Assembly (NCBI RefSeq): GCF_026210795.1
Contig: NC_089432.1
Coordinates: 4,774,001 to 4,838,000 of the forward strand
Direction: 5' to 3'
Length of the DNA stretch: 64,000 bases
Origin: Rhizophagus irregularis
Taxonomy: Eukaryota
Under the pieces are notes generated by a model. It did not search any database. It worked only from the letters and a program-made list of their open reading frames with translations, and was not told where the DNA came from. The first letter of the stretch is position 1. Each line of letters starts with the position of its first letter. The position numbers and the translations under genes are program-made. Shown in pieces: positions 25,952-37,304 of this stretch.

Positions 25952-26608
25952 CAGTACTCATAAATGAAATCATGAATTTAATGTAACAAAAACAAATATA
26001 AATTCAGAGGATAATATGACCACCCCAAGGGAATTAAAGAATAATGATTACAAATATTTTGATATAATTATTTATTATTTAATACTATTAAACCAAGCAT
26101 ATTATTGTATTTATTTATATTATTATGTTAATATCTAAGGTGGCAATGTGATTTATCACGGGTTTAGATGTTACAGTAGTGATGACGTGTACTCGCGTAG
26201 CAATTATAATTTAATATATATAGACCAACTCCTTCTCGCAATTTCTCTTTGCTTTGAGTGCATTTGTGTTTCTTACTCTCTTACTCTTCACTCTTCATGA
26301 CTATGACTAGGCAAGTATAAAAAATTTTGTTAAACTTTTTTTTGTTTAAATTGCTTATAAGGTCTATCAGATCTGGAGGAGAGTTTGATTATGTTTCTTC
26401 CTTATAGCAATATGAATATAATATCTATGGGATAAGTATTCACTATTTTGTACATGAGTTCTCATTACTACGAGTTTTTAAGCATATGTATTTCAAGTTT
26501 TCTTACATGAGCAGTACTCACTACGAGTGCTAATCTTTGTAAGGCCTGAATTTTTATCATACTTGCTTAGATGATCATCTAATCACTTGATTTATTTTAT
26601 AGTTTATT

Positions 26609-27722
26609 ATGGAAAAACATATAATTGATTATCTCAGAATAAATGGATATTGAAGTTGGGGTGTCCTAAGTGTTTTACAATATTTGTCTGTTAATATTAA
26701 ATACATGAATGACAATATCAAAGAAATTTCTCAGATATTACAACAACAATTAGATAAAACCCCACCTACTACTAAGATAAGTCACCCTGTGGTCTAAGGT
26801 AAGGTTTACATATAAAGCTCTTTAAAAATCCTACTATAAAAGGAAATTTCATGTTACATTGTTATGATTTTTTTCCTTTTTAGTTAATTAACCAATAGAA
26901 TTTAAGCAAATCCTAAGGTAAGGTTTCATATGAAAGTGAAATTTCTACCAGTGATATATCTTAGTAGTAGGTGGGGTCCTAATTAGATGTAACATTACAG
27001 GATCCCAATATCTTCAAGTTAGCATAAGATAATAAAGCAAAAAAACTTTCAGAAAATTTAGCATTAGAAATAAATAAACCAGAAGTTCAAGATTTTCTAA
27101 GCATAATGGTGGCTAGTTATAAGCTCACTTTTAATGTTTACTACTAAAATTTATTAAACTAACTATACTAATAACTGCCAATAGGAACAAGAGGAAAAAG
27201 AAATACCAGCCCAAGACCAACCTTCTCAAGACAAACCAGAACTTTCACAAGAACTTTCACCACTACCATATACATTATATGAAAATGATACACAGTTTGT
27301 ATTATTTATTTCTGTTGTAAAGGATTTGCATTCAATTTTATATATTTATGTATTTTTATTTTATTTTACAGCTATACAATTATTATTTATACTCCTTGTA
27401 TAATTTCAAAGAATCAATTAACAATTGGAGTAGAATATAATAAATTACTAGTAATAGAAGGAAGTTCTTATGTAAATGATGAAAGTAATAAATATGGAAA
27501 AGTGATAAAAAATATGGCCCCTAGGACTCGATTTGAAGATTCTGCTTATTACTAAGTAAGTTGTAATAAAAATTGGAAGTATTTTATTAAATATTTAGTA
27601 TATACTAATTTGCTTGTTTTTTGAGCAGAGTCAATCCAATGGATAAAGTAACAGTTAACATCAAACAAGGGTTAACAAAACTGTTAGTTAAAAAGTCGCG
27701 AGTCATGTTGACAATAGCCTAA
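26609..27722 (+). pseudogene. Multi-exon pseudogene with a possible HSP20/alpha-crystallin-like C-terminal region, interrupted by a MITE
   Basis: MEKHIIDYLRINGY*SWGVLSVLQYL...EISQILQQQLD[MITE]VTLQDPNIFKLA*DNKAKKLSENL... then PLPYTLYENDTQF...YTIIIYTPCIISKNQLTIGVEYNKLLVIEG...VNPMDKVTVNIKQGLTKLLVKK. The frame is restored when the MITE and one TSD copy are removed. The HSP20-like fold is inferred from motif spacing only. Confidence 0.6.
26756..26980. mobile_element. MITE with 8-bp TSD (hAT-like)
   Basis: Inverted accccacctactactaagata / tatcttagtagtaggtggggt, flanked by the direct repeat AATTAGAT (26748-26755 and 26981-26988). Confidence 0.85.
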
Positions 27723-28692
27723 TTTAAATTTTTTAAATTTGCGGTATTTCATCCATTTCAATTTAATAATTTGACTAAGTAGATGAAAAGCTATTGGGTA
27801 GGACCATTAAAACTGTTTATTTTATATTACTGCTATTATTATATTTAAGTTTAATAAAAAAAAACAAATAACAAAATTGCTTTGTAATCGGAAATACTTG
27901 TTACACATTATATGAAAATATTATTTTCCTTGATAGATCAACCCCTTAATTAAATTAGTTGTTTGGTGATCATTATGCTGAGAAAATAAAAAAAAAGATC
28001 ATACACTGATTGAGGGAGGGAAGCCATCTTGGATTATTTGCAAGTTTCATTTTTGAGATGTTTAAGGGATATTTTAAATTATCACGTGATATAAAACCTG
28101 AGAGTTAACAGGTTTTCTGAAAATTCGAAATTGTCACATGAGAGAGTCACTCACGAAATTTGGTTTGGCAATATGCTTTACCATGGCCAGCCCATTTGGT
28201 TGCTGGAAGTGCACCATCTTGCAACCCAACTATTTTGCTGGTATATGTATGCCAATTTCATGTCTGAGGTTGGAGGTGCAATACGGCCAGGCCATTTGAT
28301 TGCCAAAAAGTACACTAGTGTCCTAGGAAAAATATTAGAATTTTATTGGATCACTAAGTTTGTTATACGAGAAAGTGTTCTTTTTTCGTTTCTAGTTATT
28401 CCTGTATTGTCTCCCCTAGGTGCCTTAGGTATCCTAGTAAAAAATAAAGTTCTAGAAAAAAAAATGAATATTTTTTATGGTACCTTTTTGGTATATGTGT
28501 CAGTATGCTATGTATATGCTATGGTATATGTATACTATTTTTTCACTATATCTGTAGATAAAAAATAAAAAATAAAAAGTAAAAAAGTCCGATTTTTTCT
28601 AGGCCACCTAGGCCACCTAGGCCAGACCATTCAAGAAACCATTCTAGTGTCCTAATAAAGTTAATTTGCTATTTCGCTTCTGCCTCTGGAAG

Positions 28693-29001
28693 TCAAAAAT
28701 TTCCTAAGGCAGATTTTTCTAGGGCAGATTTGTCTAAGGCATTTAGTTTCTTCCTATGATAATATGTTTTCGAATGATACTTATCTACATGTAAATTACA
28801 CATACCATAGATTGAGGTAGTTTGTTTCCCACATTGTTTGCAAGAGTTTCGCTGTCACCTTTTCCAATGAATTTTGCATCCTTCTTCTCAGGTACTAGCT
28901 TGTCCGCATACATTCCCTTTGTTAGAGATATATTGGCAGATAATTTGGCTCTCATTGGGTACATAACAAAAAGATAAAATATTGCTGCCTCCACCGGCGA
29001 T
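28693..29001 (-). pseudogene. Cys/His-rich small zinc-finger-like protein pseudogene (last exon)
   Basis: After a CAG acceptor: IAGGGSNILSFCYVPNESQIICQYISNKGNVCGQAST*EEGCKIHWKR*QRNSCKQCGKQTTSIYGMCNLHVDKYHSKTYYHRKKLNALDKSALEKSALGNF*. Two in-frame TGA codons lie at 28890-28888 and 28857-28855. Confidence 0.7.
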
Positions 29002-30154
29002 CTGCAATATTACCAATAAAATTATTGAAAACTAAACTAAGCTAAAATCAACACTTAATAAAATCCCTTTTTAAAATCCCCTCATTCACCCATTCTATTT
29101 ATATTGTTCGTAATTTTGGTATAAATTATACCATGTATAAGTTAAACTTTGTATAAATTACACTGGGTGTAAATTAAACTAAGTATAAGTTATAAAAAGT
29201 ATAAGTTACACTGTTACACCACTGATCATTGGAATCTTATGCCACTTTCTTGAATCTTCGATGTGGCACAAATCCGCGTAACATCAGTATAATATAAATG
29301 GACAAAATCAATTATTTATAATACACCTCTCCAGAGTTCTTTATTCTTTTAACTCTAATATTCTAATATTATTAAGTATAGTTACTAAACCATTTAAATT
29401 AAGATCTTTGAGTTTCTTTGGAATAAAAACTAGAAAAATGATCATTTATTGGAGTTTTTTCCGGAATTTTTTTTATAGGGAAAAGGTTTACATATTGATG
29501 AATTATCAATTATTATTACAAAATATAGTGAATATTTAGAAAATTTTGAGTGTGCATTTATGAAACAATTATTTTAAAATATGATTCACATAAATTTTAT
29601 TCAAATATTAAACAGAATCTTAGTTACCTTTCAATCATTATAGTGAATTATAATAGTTGTATTTAGTGTAAGTTCAACTATATTACAAAATCTTAGGTTG
29701 AATGTTTATATTACAAAATTTATATTGAATAATGTAGTTTTATTATATTACAAAATTTAGGACAAAGTCCTTAAAAGTAGCAATCAGAGAAAACAATGAA
29801 TATAATTTGATAAAATATAACTCTTTTATGATAGCCATATTTTCAAAGAATTCTAAATGGAAGAAAACTCCTGTTCTGTCTTGTCTTGTCTTAGACAATA
29901 TAATACTTCCGGAAAAAAAATTGATAATCAAATTGCTAATACCGAAAATAGGATCAACAAATTTTCATACCAAATCTGCTCTGGTACCAAATTTATATTT
30001 GGTTTTTTTCATTTAAACATTCTAATAATGTCAAAATGATGTCAAAAACTGAAGTAGCAGTAGCAATGGAGGGCTAATATTAGTGAATAATCTAATGAGC
30101 ATGTTCAATACAAAAATAGATTTTGGGAAATAAGACTATGGAAATTGAAACCTA

Positions 30155-30660
30155 TTGAAAGATGATAATGATGCCAATAGCAAAGTCAAATTAAAGAATT
30201 ATGGAATTCCTTTGCAGCTCATGTTTAAAAAGCAAAAATTTTCTTATACTGATTATACTGATGAACTTGAGGCATATCTCAATGAACCATCAGCAAATTT
30301 TGACATGGATATTTTAGCATTTTGGAAGGTAAATAACAAACAAATAGCATTATTTATTATATTATTAGGAGTTTTATATTAATTATTGAATATTTTTTTA
30401 TAGGTTCATGAAAATAAATTCACAAACTTGTCTCAAATGGCCAGAGATTTTTTGGCAATTCCTGGTATATTTTAATTTCAATTGTTTAATAATAATAATT
30501 TACAATAATTATCACTAATTTTATTATTTTAAATAGGTACGACGTACGAGTGTTCCAGTTTTCCGATGATACTGATCTCATTACACAAAGAAGATTCTGG
30601 AAACGATCAGAAAAGCCATGTGTTTATAAGCATGGATAAACTTTAAAAAAAAATGTAATT
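30155..30660 (+). pseudogene. hAT transposase remnant (C-terminal dimerization domain)
   Basis: DELEAYLNEPSANFDMDILAFWK|intron|VHENKFTNLSQMARDFLAIP|intron|GT...DTDLITQRR...ETIRKAMCL*AW matches the hAT dimerization-domain pattern. The last exon is frameshifted. Confidence 0.85.
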
Positions 30661-33600
30661 ATTTAAAAAATATAATGTTTATATTATTGTTAAATAAAAT
30701 TAAATTATAACGAAAATATTAAAAAATTTGGTTGATCTAATTCCAAATATATCAGTATATATATTTGTTTCAGAAAAAATTATTCACTGATAAAAAAAAA
30801 ATATTTTTTTTTTTTTGAGTAGAAAGTGTATAGGCGACATTTTATTGTGAAGAACGCGTAATATACTTTCTCTTTTTTTCCAGACTCCTTTAGAGTTTAG
30901 ACGCCACTTCGGACCCAGAGCATGATGTGTAACAGGTATGTAGGAATATTTTAAGGAGTCGTGTAGGGGGTATAGATCTATACTAACTTTTTTTTTCTTT
31001 TTTTTCTGGTCCCTCTTGGATGCCATTTCGCACTGGTAAGTAAAAAAAAATTATTATAAATAGGAATATAGACATTACTACTACTATTACTATTATTATT
31101 TATAGCCTTCGGTATAAACTTCTTTAGGCATTTTTTATTTTAAGGAGTCAGTATAGGCCTATACTGATTCTTTTTCTTTTTTGTTTTGTAAAGTTACATT
31201 CCGGTAACCTTTTGAACGCGAAATAGTAACAAGTAATTTTTTTTTTAAGTATTTCGTGGAGATGTCATATAGGCCCATGTTGACTCCTTTCTTTTTTTTT
31301 GTAGGTTCTGGACTTTCTTGGATGCCATTTCAGATCGGTAAGTTAAATTTTTTTTAAATGGAAGGCATATAGTGAGACGTGAACGAGAATTTATACCGTA
31401 TGAGTTAAGCTTGCTTGTTCTTACAAAATAATTGTCCAGATTCATTTCTTCGTTGTATTTTTCCTGTTATTATGAAGATAAGCACCTCTGGCTCACATTA
31501 TACCCTTTTGGCTAGCATTATATTGCCTTTGGCTGGCGATACTATGTGATGAAATAAGATTCTTTAATAGCGGCATAAATTGGGCAACTAAATTATTTGG
31601 TAAAGATCTGTGTGCTGGTTAAAGTTTCTTGGTTGATTCCAGAAAAATAGGAATGGATTCACTTTATTTCCAACTTAGAGATATTTTATCCTGAGGTTTA
31701 AGATTATAATGAATTATCAAAGTAAATCTCCTCGTAATTAATAAGAGACTGCTAGTATTTTAAATGACGGGCAAATTCATAAGATTCTTGAAACTAATAG
31801 AAATGAATACATTAAATAAATAAAAAAATATAAGTTTTATATATACATATTGATAATGAACGAACGTATAATTCTTTGAGCTTTAATAATATTAATATTT
31901 TACTTCATTGAGATAAGTTAGTGCGCGCCATGTAATCATATGCCTTATCACGACTTGATTAAAATAAAAATTGAATTCATTATTTTTCAAAATTAACTTG
32001 AAAATAAATTGATAGGTTTTATTGAGTTACAACACCTATAAGGGGTATTACATACGAAAATCATAAATTAATCACATTTGTATACTAGAATAAATATCAA
32101 TGCATAAAATTATGTATAGGTTAATATTTTTTATAACAAAAAATTTCAAAGTATTTAGATTATAAATAATAAATTATTATATAAAATTTATTCATATAAA
32201 ATATAGTACTGTATAAGGAATTATAAATCGTAGTGTCATACAAGATTTCTGTAATATTGAAATATATAGAATTTTTCTTATTGAACTCTTACTTATTATT
32301 CGAAAATTTGTATATGAAAGTTTCCTGTAATTCATGTAAAGTGTAAAGTTTGTGATTAAACATGCAAATTAGAATGAACAGTGTTAACCCGGAAGTTTTT
32401 TTTACAAATGTTATAAAATATAAATCGGATGCCAAAATAAGAATATAAAATCAAAGTAGTTTAGTCCGCCAAAATATTTTGTTTATTATCAAGTTAGGAA
32501 AAGGCAACTACTGCACGTCATTTTTTTTTACAACCCTTTTTTTAATTTGCAAATATTTTATGAAAACTCTCAAGAATAATGTTCTAAATTTAGAGTAATT
32601 TGTCAAAATATTTATTTATTTGTTTATAAATAACTTTATATCAGGGATAAAATCCTTACGAATGTATTTTATCATTTAAGTACTACCCGCTACACAATTT
32701 TCTGTAAAAAATCCATGTAAGTGACGCAACCTGGGTCTAGAACACACTTTATAAAGGTACAAAACAATGATTGGCAATCACGTGTTATTTTACACCCTAT
32801 TATCACGTACGACATTTAAATCATTGTTAAGAAGTTATGATAATCAATAAGAGGGCTTACACATATTACGCAATTATTAAAGGCTTACGTTACACTTAAA
32901 ATCATATGATTTATAAATATTATAATTTTTTAAATCTAATAACAAGGGGTAAGCTTATATTAGATAAGCTATTAAACTGAATATTACGTAATATTTGTAA
33001 TATTTGTAAGTCCCTAATCGAATAATAATAATAAATCAATTCCTTCTCAAATAACAATAACAAAAAAAAAACAAGTCAATTAACCTATTTTTAAAATTGT
33101 TCAAACAACAATCAAAATTAATCAAACAATAATCACTGTCAAGCTAGTAACGATTGTTGCTTTTGTAATAACATTAATTCTACAAATTAATGTTTATCTA
33201 ATATTAAACACTGATACTATGAATTTATTTACATTGACTTAGCGTTATAATGAAGATTTTAAATTTTCTTGCTGCTGGAATAACTTATCCGATGGAAAAT
33301 TATTTTTTTCATTTTTATTGTACATTATCTCAAATTTACAATAAATATTGTATTAAGCTGTTTAACAAGAAATGTTATGATTTTCACTTTTACATAGCGT
33401 CAGAATATCAATTAACAAAAAAAAATTATTGAATATATTTGAACATATTATTATAATATACGAAATTCATTTTGTAAGGTTTAATTTAAATAATTTAAGT
33501 ATATTATGAATAAATTATTATCGTTATCACAGAGAGATGTATCGTGACAATGACTATAAGCAAAGAATATTAGTTTCAAATTATAAACAAACATGTACAA

Positions 33601-33950
33601 ATAAAGTTAAATTTAAAATCCTAAAAATGTTTTTCTAACCAAGAATATTAATTTGTGCAGCGGTCGATTTATTTGTGGCTGATGTAACGCATGAATATTA
33701 TTACTATAACAGATAATAGTTTTATACCAATCTTTAAATAATTTCTAAAAAAGGATATACCCGATATGACCTGAACAATTTTGAAACATAAAGGGAGAAT
33801 ATCAAAAACAAAATAATACAATGCATGGGGGAGGAAATAATAATGAAAATTAAATTACATAATAAGAAAACAATGTAAAGTATGTAAATTCTAATTTTCT
33901 ATGATGATAATAGATATTTTAAAAGCCTAAAATTTGTTTGTTTGATTTAT

Positions 33951-33958
33951 TATAAATA
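33951..33958 (+). promoter_or_regulatory. TATA box (TATAAATA) upstream of the CaaX peptide ORF
   Basis: About 140 nt upstream of the ATG at 34098, followed by an A-rich, G-poor leader with no intervening ATG. Confidence 0.55.
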
Positions 33959-34097
33959 CGCTTGGCTTCGCCTTGTAAAAATCCCATCAAAGAAAAAAGT
34001 TCAAAGAACAAAATAAAAATCAACTAATCAAATTAATCAAAGAAATCAAATAAATATTAAATTCTCAAAATTACTTTTCAAATAAACTCAATCAAAA

Positions 34098-34199
34098 ATG
34101 AATCCAACAACTATTACCTCTAAACCAATTGTTATTGTTGCTTCCGAAATAACTGAAAAACCTGATGGTAATCCTACAAACTCATGTTCTATAATGTAA
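34098..34199 (+). CDS. 33-aa CaaX-terminated peptide; putative farnesylated lipopeptide (a-factor/basidiomycete-type) pheromone precursor
   Basis: MNPTTITSKPIVIVASEITEKPDGNPTNSCSIM*. It ends in CSIM-stop, has an EK dipeptide 10 residues before the Cys, an aaaaATG context and an upstream TATA box. Confidence 0.72.
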   Translation: MNPTTITSKPIVIVASEITEKPDGNPTNSCSIM

Positions 34200-34664
34200 A
34201 TGGAAAATTCTTTCAACGACTTAACGATTTCGGTTATTACATGGCAAACCTATGAAGACCAATTTTAACCCTAATGACGTAGCTACTATTTATTACAAAA
34301 TGGCCTGGCGCTATTATTTTTATTAAATTTCTTTATATTAACATGTATCATAAAAAAAATATCTTTGTAATTTAAATTTTATTTGTAATTTTCAATATAT
34401 TTATTATATTTGTGTATATTTTTACTTACTTATTCATTAAAAATAAAATTTTTTTGATTTTACATAAATTATAAATTATCTAATTATCATATTATATTAA
34501 ATATCCTTCTGTTGTACTTCATATTTCGAAGCTCAATCTTTCATTAAAAAAAAAATGATGCAATATTGTTTGTTACGTAAAATAGCTGTAGTCAGCCATG
34601 TGATCAACTCCTTAAAAATGTGACCTGTAAATCCAAACTATTTTAATCACCATTGATTTGAGAA

Positions 34665-35089
34665 TAGGGATTGGAATCGATTCTGCCAAAATCGAATTAA
34701 TCAAAAATCCGATCAGAATCGATTTAACTCGATTGTCAAATAAAAAATCGAAATTATAGTGCCGGCCAGAATTACGAAATTATATATAACGTGACATCGG
34801 ATCTTTGAAATTTTGAATTGTGTCACATTGAAGTATTAATTCTGGCCGGAATTATAAAATTACCGCCGATCGCTGATTATTCGTGCAATTTTAAATGCGA
34901 AATCATAAAATTTAATAATAAAATGATTTATATGTTAAATTTATGATCATTGGAAATTTCCCTGTCACAAATTTAGTGATTTATCGAAATCGAAAATCAA
35001 AATTTTAGAATCGAAATTTGAGAAACTATTAATCGCGATTAGTCGATTCTAAAATCGATTCGAATTATGGAAATCGATTCCAATCCCTA
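34665..35089. mobile_element. hAT-type MITE
   Basis: TIR TAGGGATTGGAATCGATT at both ends, a near-perfect 8-bp TSD (TTTGAGAA / GTTGAGAA) and many subterminal AATCGA motifs. Confidence 0.88.
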
Positions 35090-35396
35090 GTTGAGAATAT
35101 TGCTAATCATTTCAAAATTCTCCATTTGATTCGTACTTTATTAATAAATAATTTACAAATAATTAATAATATTAAACTACATAACATATTTAAATAATAA
35201 TTTTAATTTAACTGTTAGTATATATATTTTTTATTATTATTAATAATAAAAAGTAGAAAGTATTAATTTTAATTTAATAATTAATAATAATATTTTAAAA
35301 GCAATTTTACCATAGCACGTCAACCTGACTTATCACTTAAAAAAATTTTTTATTTTTAAAATAAAAATAATTTATTGACAATAAAATAAACACAAC

Positions 35397-35815
35397 TTAC
35401 TGCAACACACCACCATCCAGATTTGGACACCATCCACCATCCAAAGGGGTATTGATGACAAGTCAGACATCGAAAAGAAGCCGGATTCGTCCTGCGTGAT
35501 GATGTTGGACACGGTAGTTATTGCTAGGTAATGTTGTGAGAGGCGACCTTACTATCACTATTACACTGTTTGCGTTTACTTTTACGAGAAGATTGCTTGT
35601 AGTAATTGGATTTCTGTCATGTCGTGATATAGTAGATTTTTCACATTTTTTTTAGAGATATGTTGTCTCATAATTTTTGTCATTACTGTATGGAGCGAAG
35701 ATAGGAAATCAATAGTAATGAAACGGAGATTCTTTGGTGTAACTGTAAATAATGTTAGAAAGTTCTTTAGGCACAAGTTGATGCATGGAGATTAAGTAGA
35801 TCAGATGGCTTTCAT
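35397..35815 (-). mobile_element. Possible 3' relic of a non-LTR retrotransposon ORF
   Basis: GC-richer broken coding frames such as HQLVPKELSNIIYSYTK and FLSSLHTVMTKIMRQ. The family assignment rests on resemblance only. Confidence 0.3.
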
Positions 35816-37304
35816 ACCAAAGATCTTATATTTCATTACATGTAAGTGAACCTACGTTAAAGGGATGATACAAATGAATCATCTGTGAATTTACAATATA
35901 ATAATCAATAATTCATAATGTAGCTTGAGGGATACATATTATACATTTTTGTTAGAATAAATCAGATTACATTATAATAAATCCTAAACATAATAATACC
36001 TCAATTTTGTATTTACAAATCAAACAGTGGTTATCATATTGACTTCAATCGCAGATTTTGTTTTATTTTCACTTTCCTTTTCAAATTCTGGAATTATATT
36101 ATTAATGTTGAGGACTTAAAACATTTTGTTTCTCTTTAATAACTTAACAAAACCCCAACATTTGAATAAACTATGAATTGGTTTAGATACATCTACAATT
36201 TAAATTATCGTATAGGAAAAAATTCAAAAAAATATAATATTTCAAAGAAATTCAATATAAGGAAATAGATTTTATTTCAACTTCCAGTTATAAAAGAAAA
36301 GTTAATATTATAACAAAAACAAAAAGATATCAGTGGAAAAAATTAACAAATACTTAAATTCTTACTGCAATAATTACTAGATAATTTTTCCGTTTATGAA
36401 TTTTTGATTATTGGTCCAATAAATTAAATTGATTTTTTTTTTGTTCATTTTTTTATTTTTTATTTATTTAACATGTACTGTATATAATACATTGCATTGT
36501 ATGTTAATTTATAAGCCGTTACAAAAGCAAGCGCGCCAGCAGCCTTCTGTTTCTTAACACGCTATTACTTTTTGTGAACAACTGAATGTCAAATGGAAAT
36601 TTTTTTAATAATAAACTTTAGTTAGAAATTGATGGAGCAGCATGATTTTGAGCGCTATTTTGAAGCTAGTAAATAAACAAAATACAGTCAGTTAAGAAAA
36701 TTGCTAAAGCTTATTCATTATATCACTCATAAAATTTAAATATAATATAGAAATTAAAGTGTAAACTATAAAAAAAAGTTTCAAAACTCCAAAATTTTAT
36801 TAGAAATTACCAAAAAAAAATATTACATTTAAATATATTATAATACGGTGTTTATTAGATAATACTACAATATGATTTATAATCCATAAAAATTTCACGA
36901 CTTAATGATATACAGTTTATGACTATATACTATTTAAACATATTTCTCAGATATCATAACTATTAAAGGCTCATTATGTCAATTCTTTTCAGTGAAATCA
37001 TCTTAAATTTTAATCATACTAATATATAATTGAATAATTTTATAAAGTAATTTATTGATAAGTTATAATATAAAAATATAAATTATTTAATTTACAAACT
37101 AAGAAATACTGTATTTAATCTTACTACTCTAGTCCTATTGTTTAAATAACTTATATAAAAATACTTAATGTGTAATAATATCATTACATAGCAGATAGAT
37201 AGCGTTATCATGGTTAATTATCTATATCTAAAAATTTATTAAAAAAGACTTTAGTAGTGATTTTTTAAATTAATTAAAAATTTCAAATTTAAAAATAAAG
37301 AATC

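Larger units (their letters stand above)
23427..29480. mobile_element. Candidate ~6-kb DNA transposon with short CCCTATAAAAAAA TIRs carrying decayed cargo
   Basis: ccctataaaaaaatcc at 23427 and ggaattttttttataggg ending at 29480, the same terminal motif as the 16972-22304 structure. No exact TSD. Confidence 0.5.

Noticed and set aside
25557..26999. A longer LTR ending at CATTACA (26993-26999)
   Set aside because: That CATTACA lies in the reading frame of the 26609 pseudogene (DVTLQD). The nearer CATTACA at 25945-25951 fits better.
28785..28994. 69-aa ORF from the ORF track
   Set aside because: It is an alternative frame of the Cys/His-rich pseudogene at 28693-29001.
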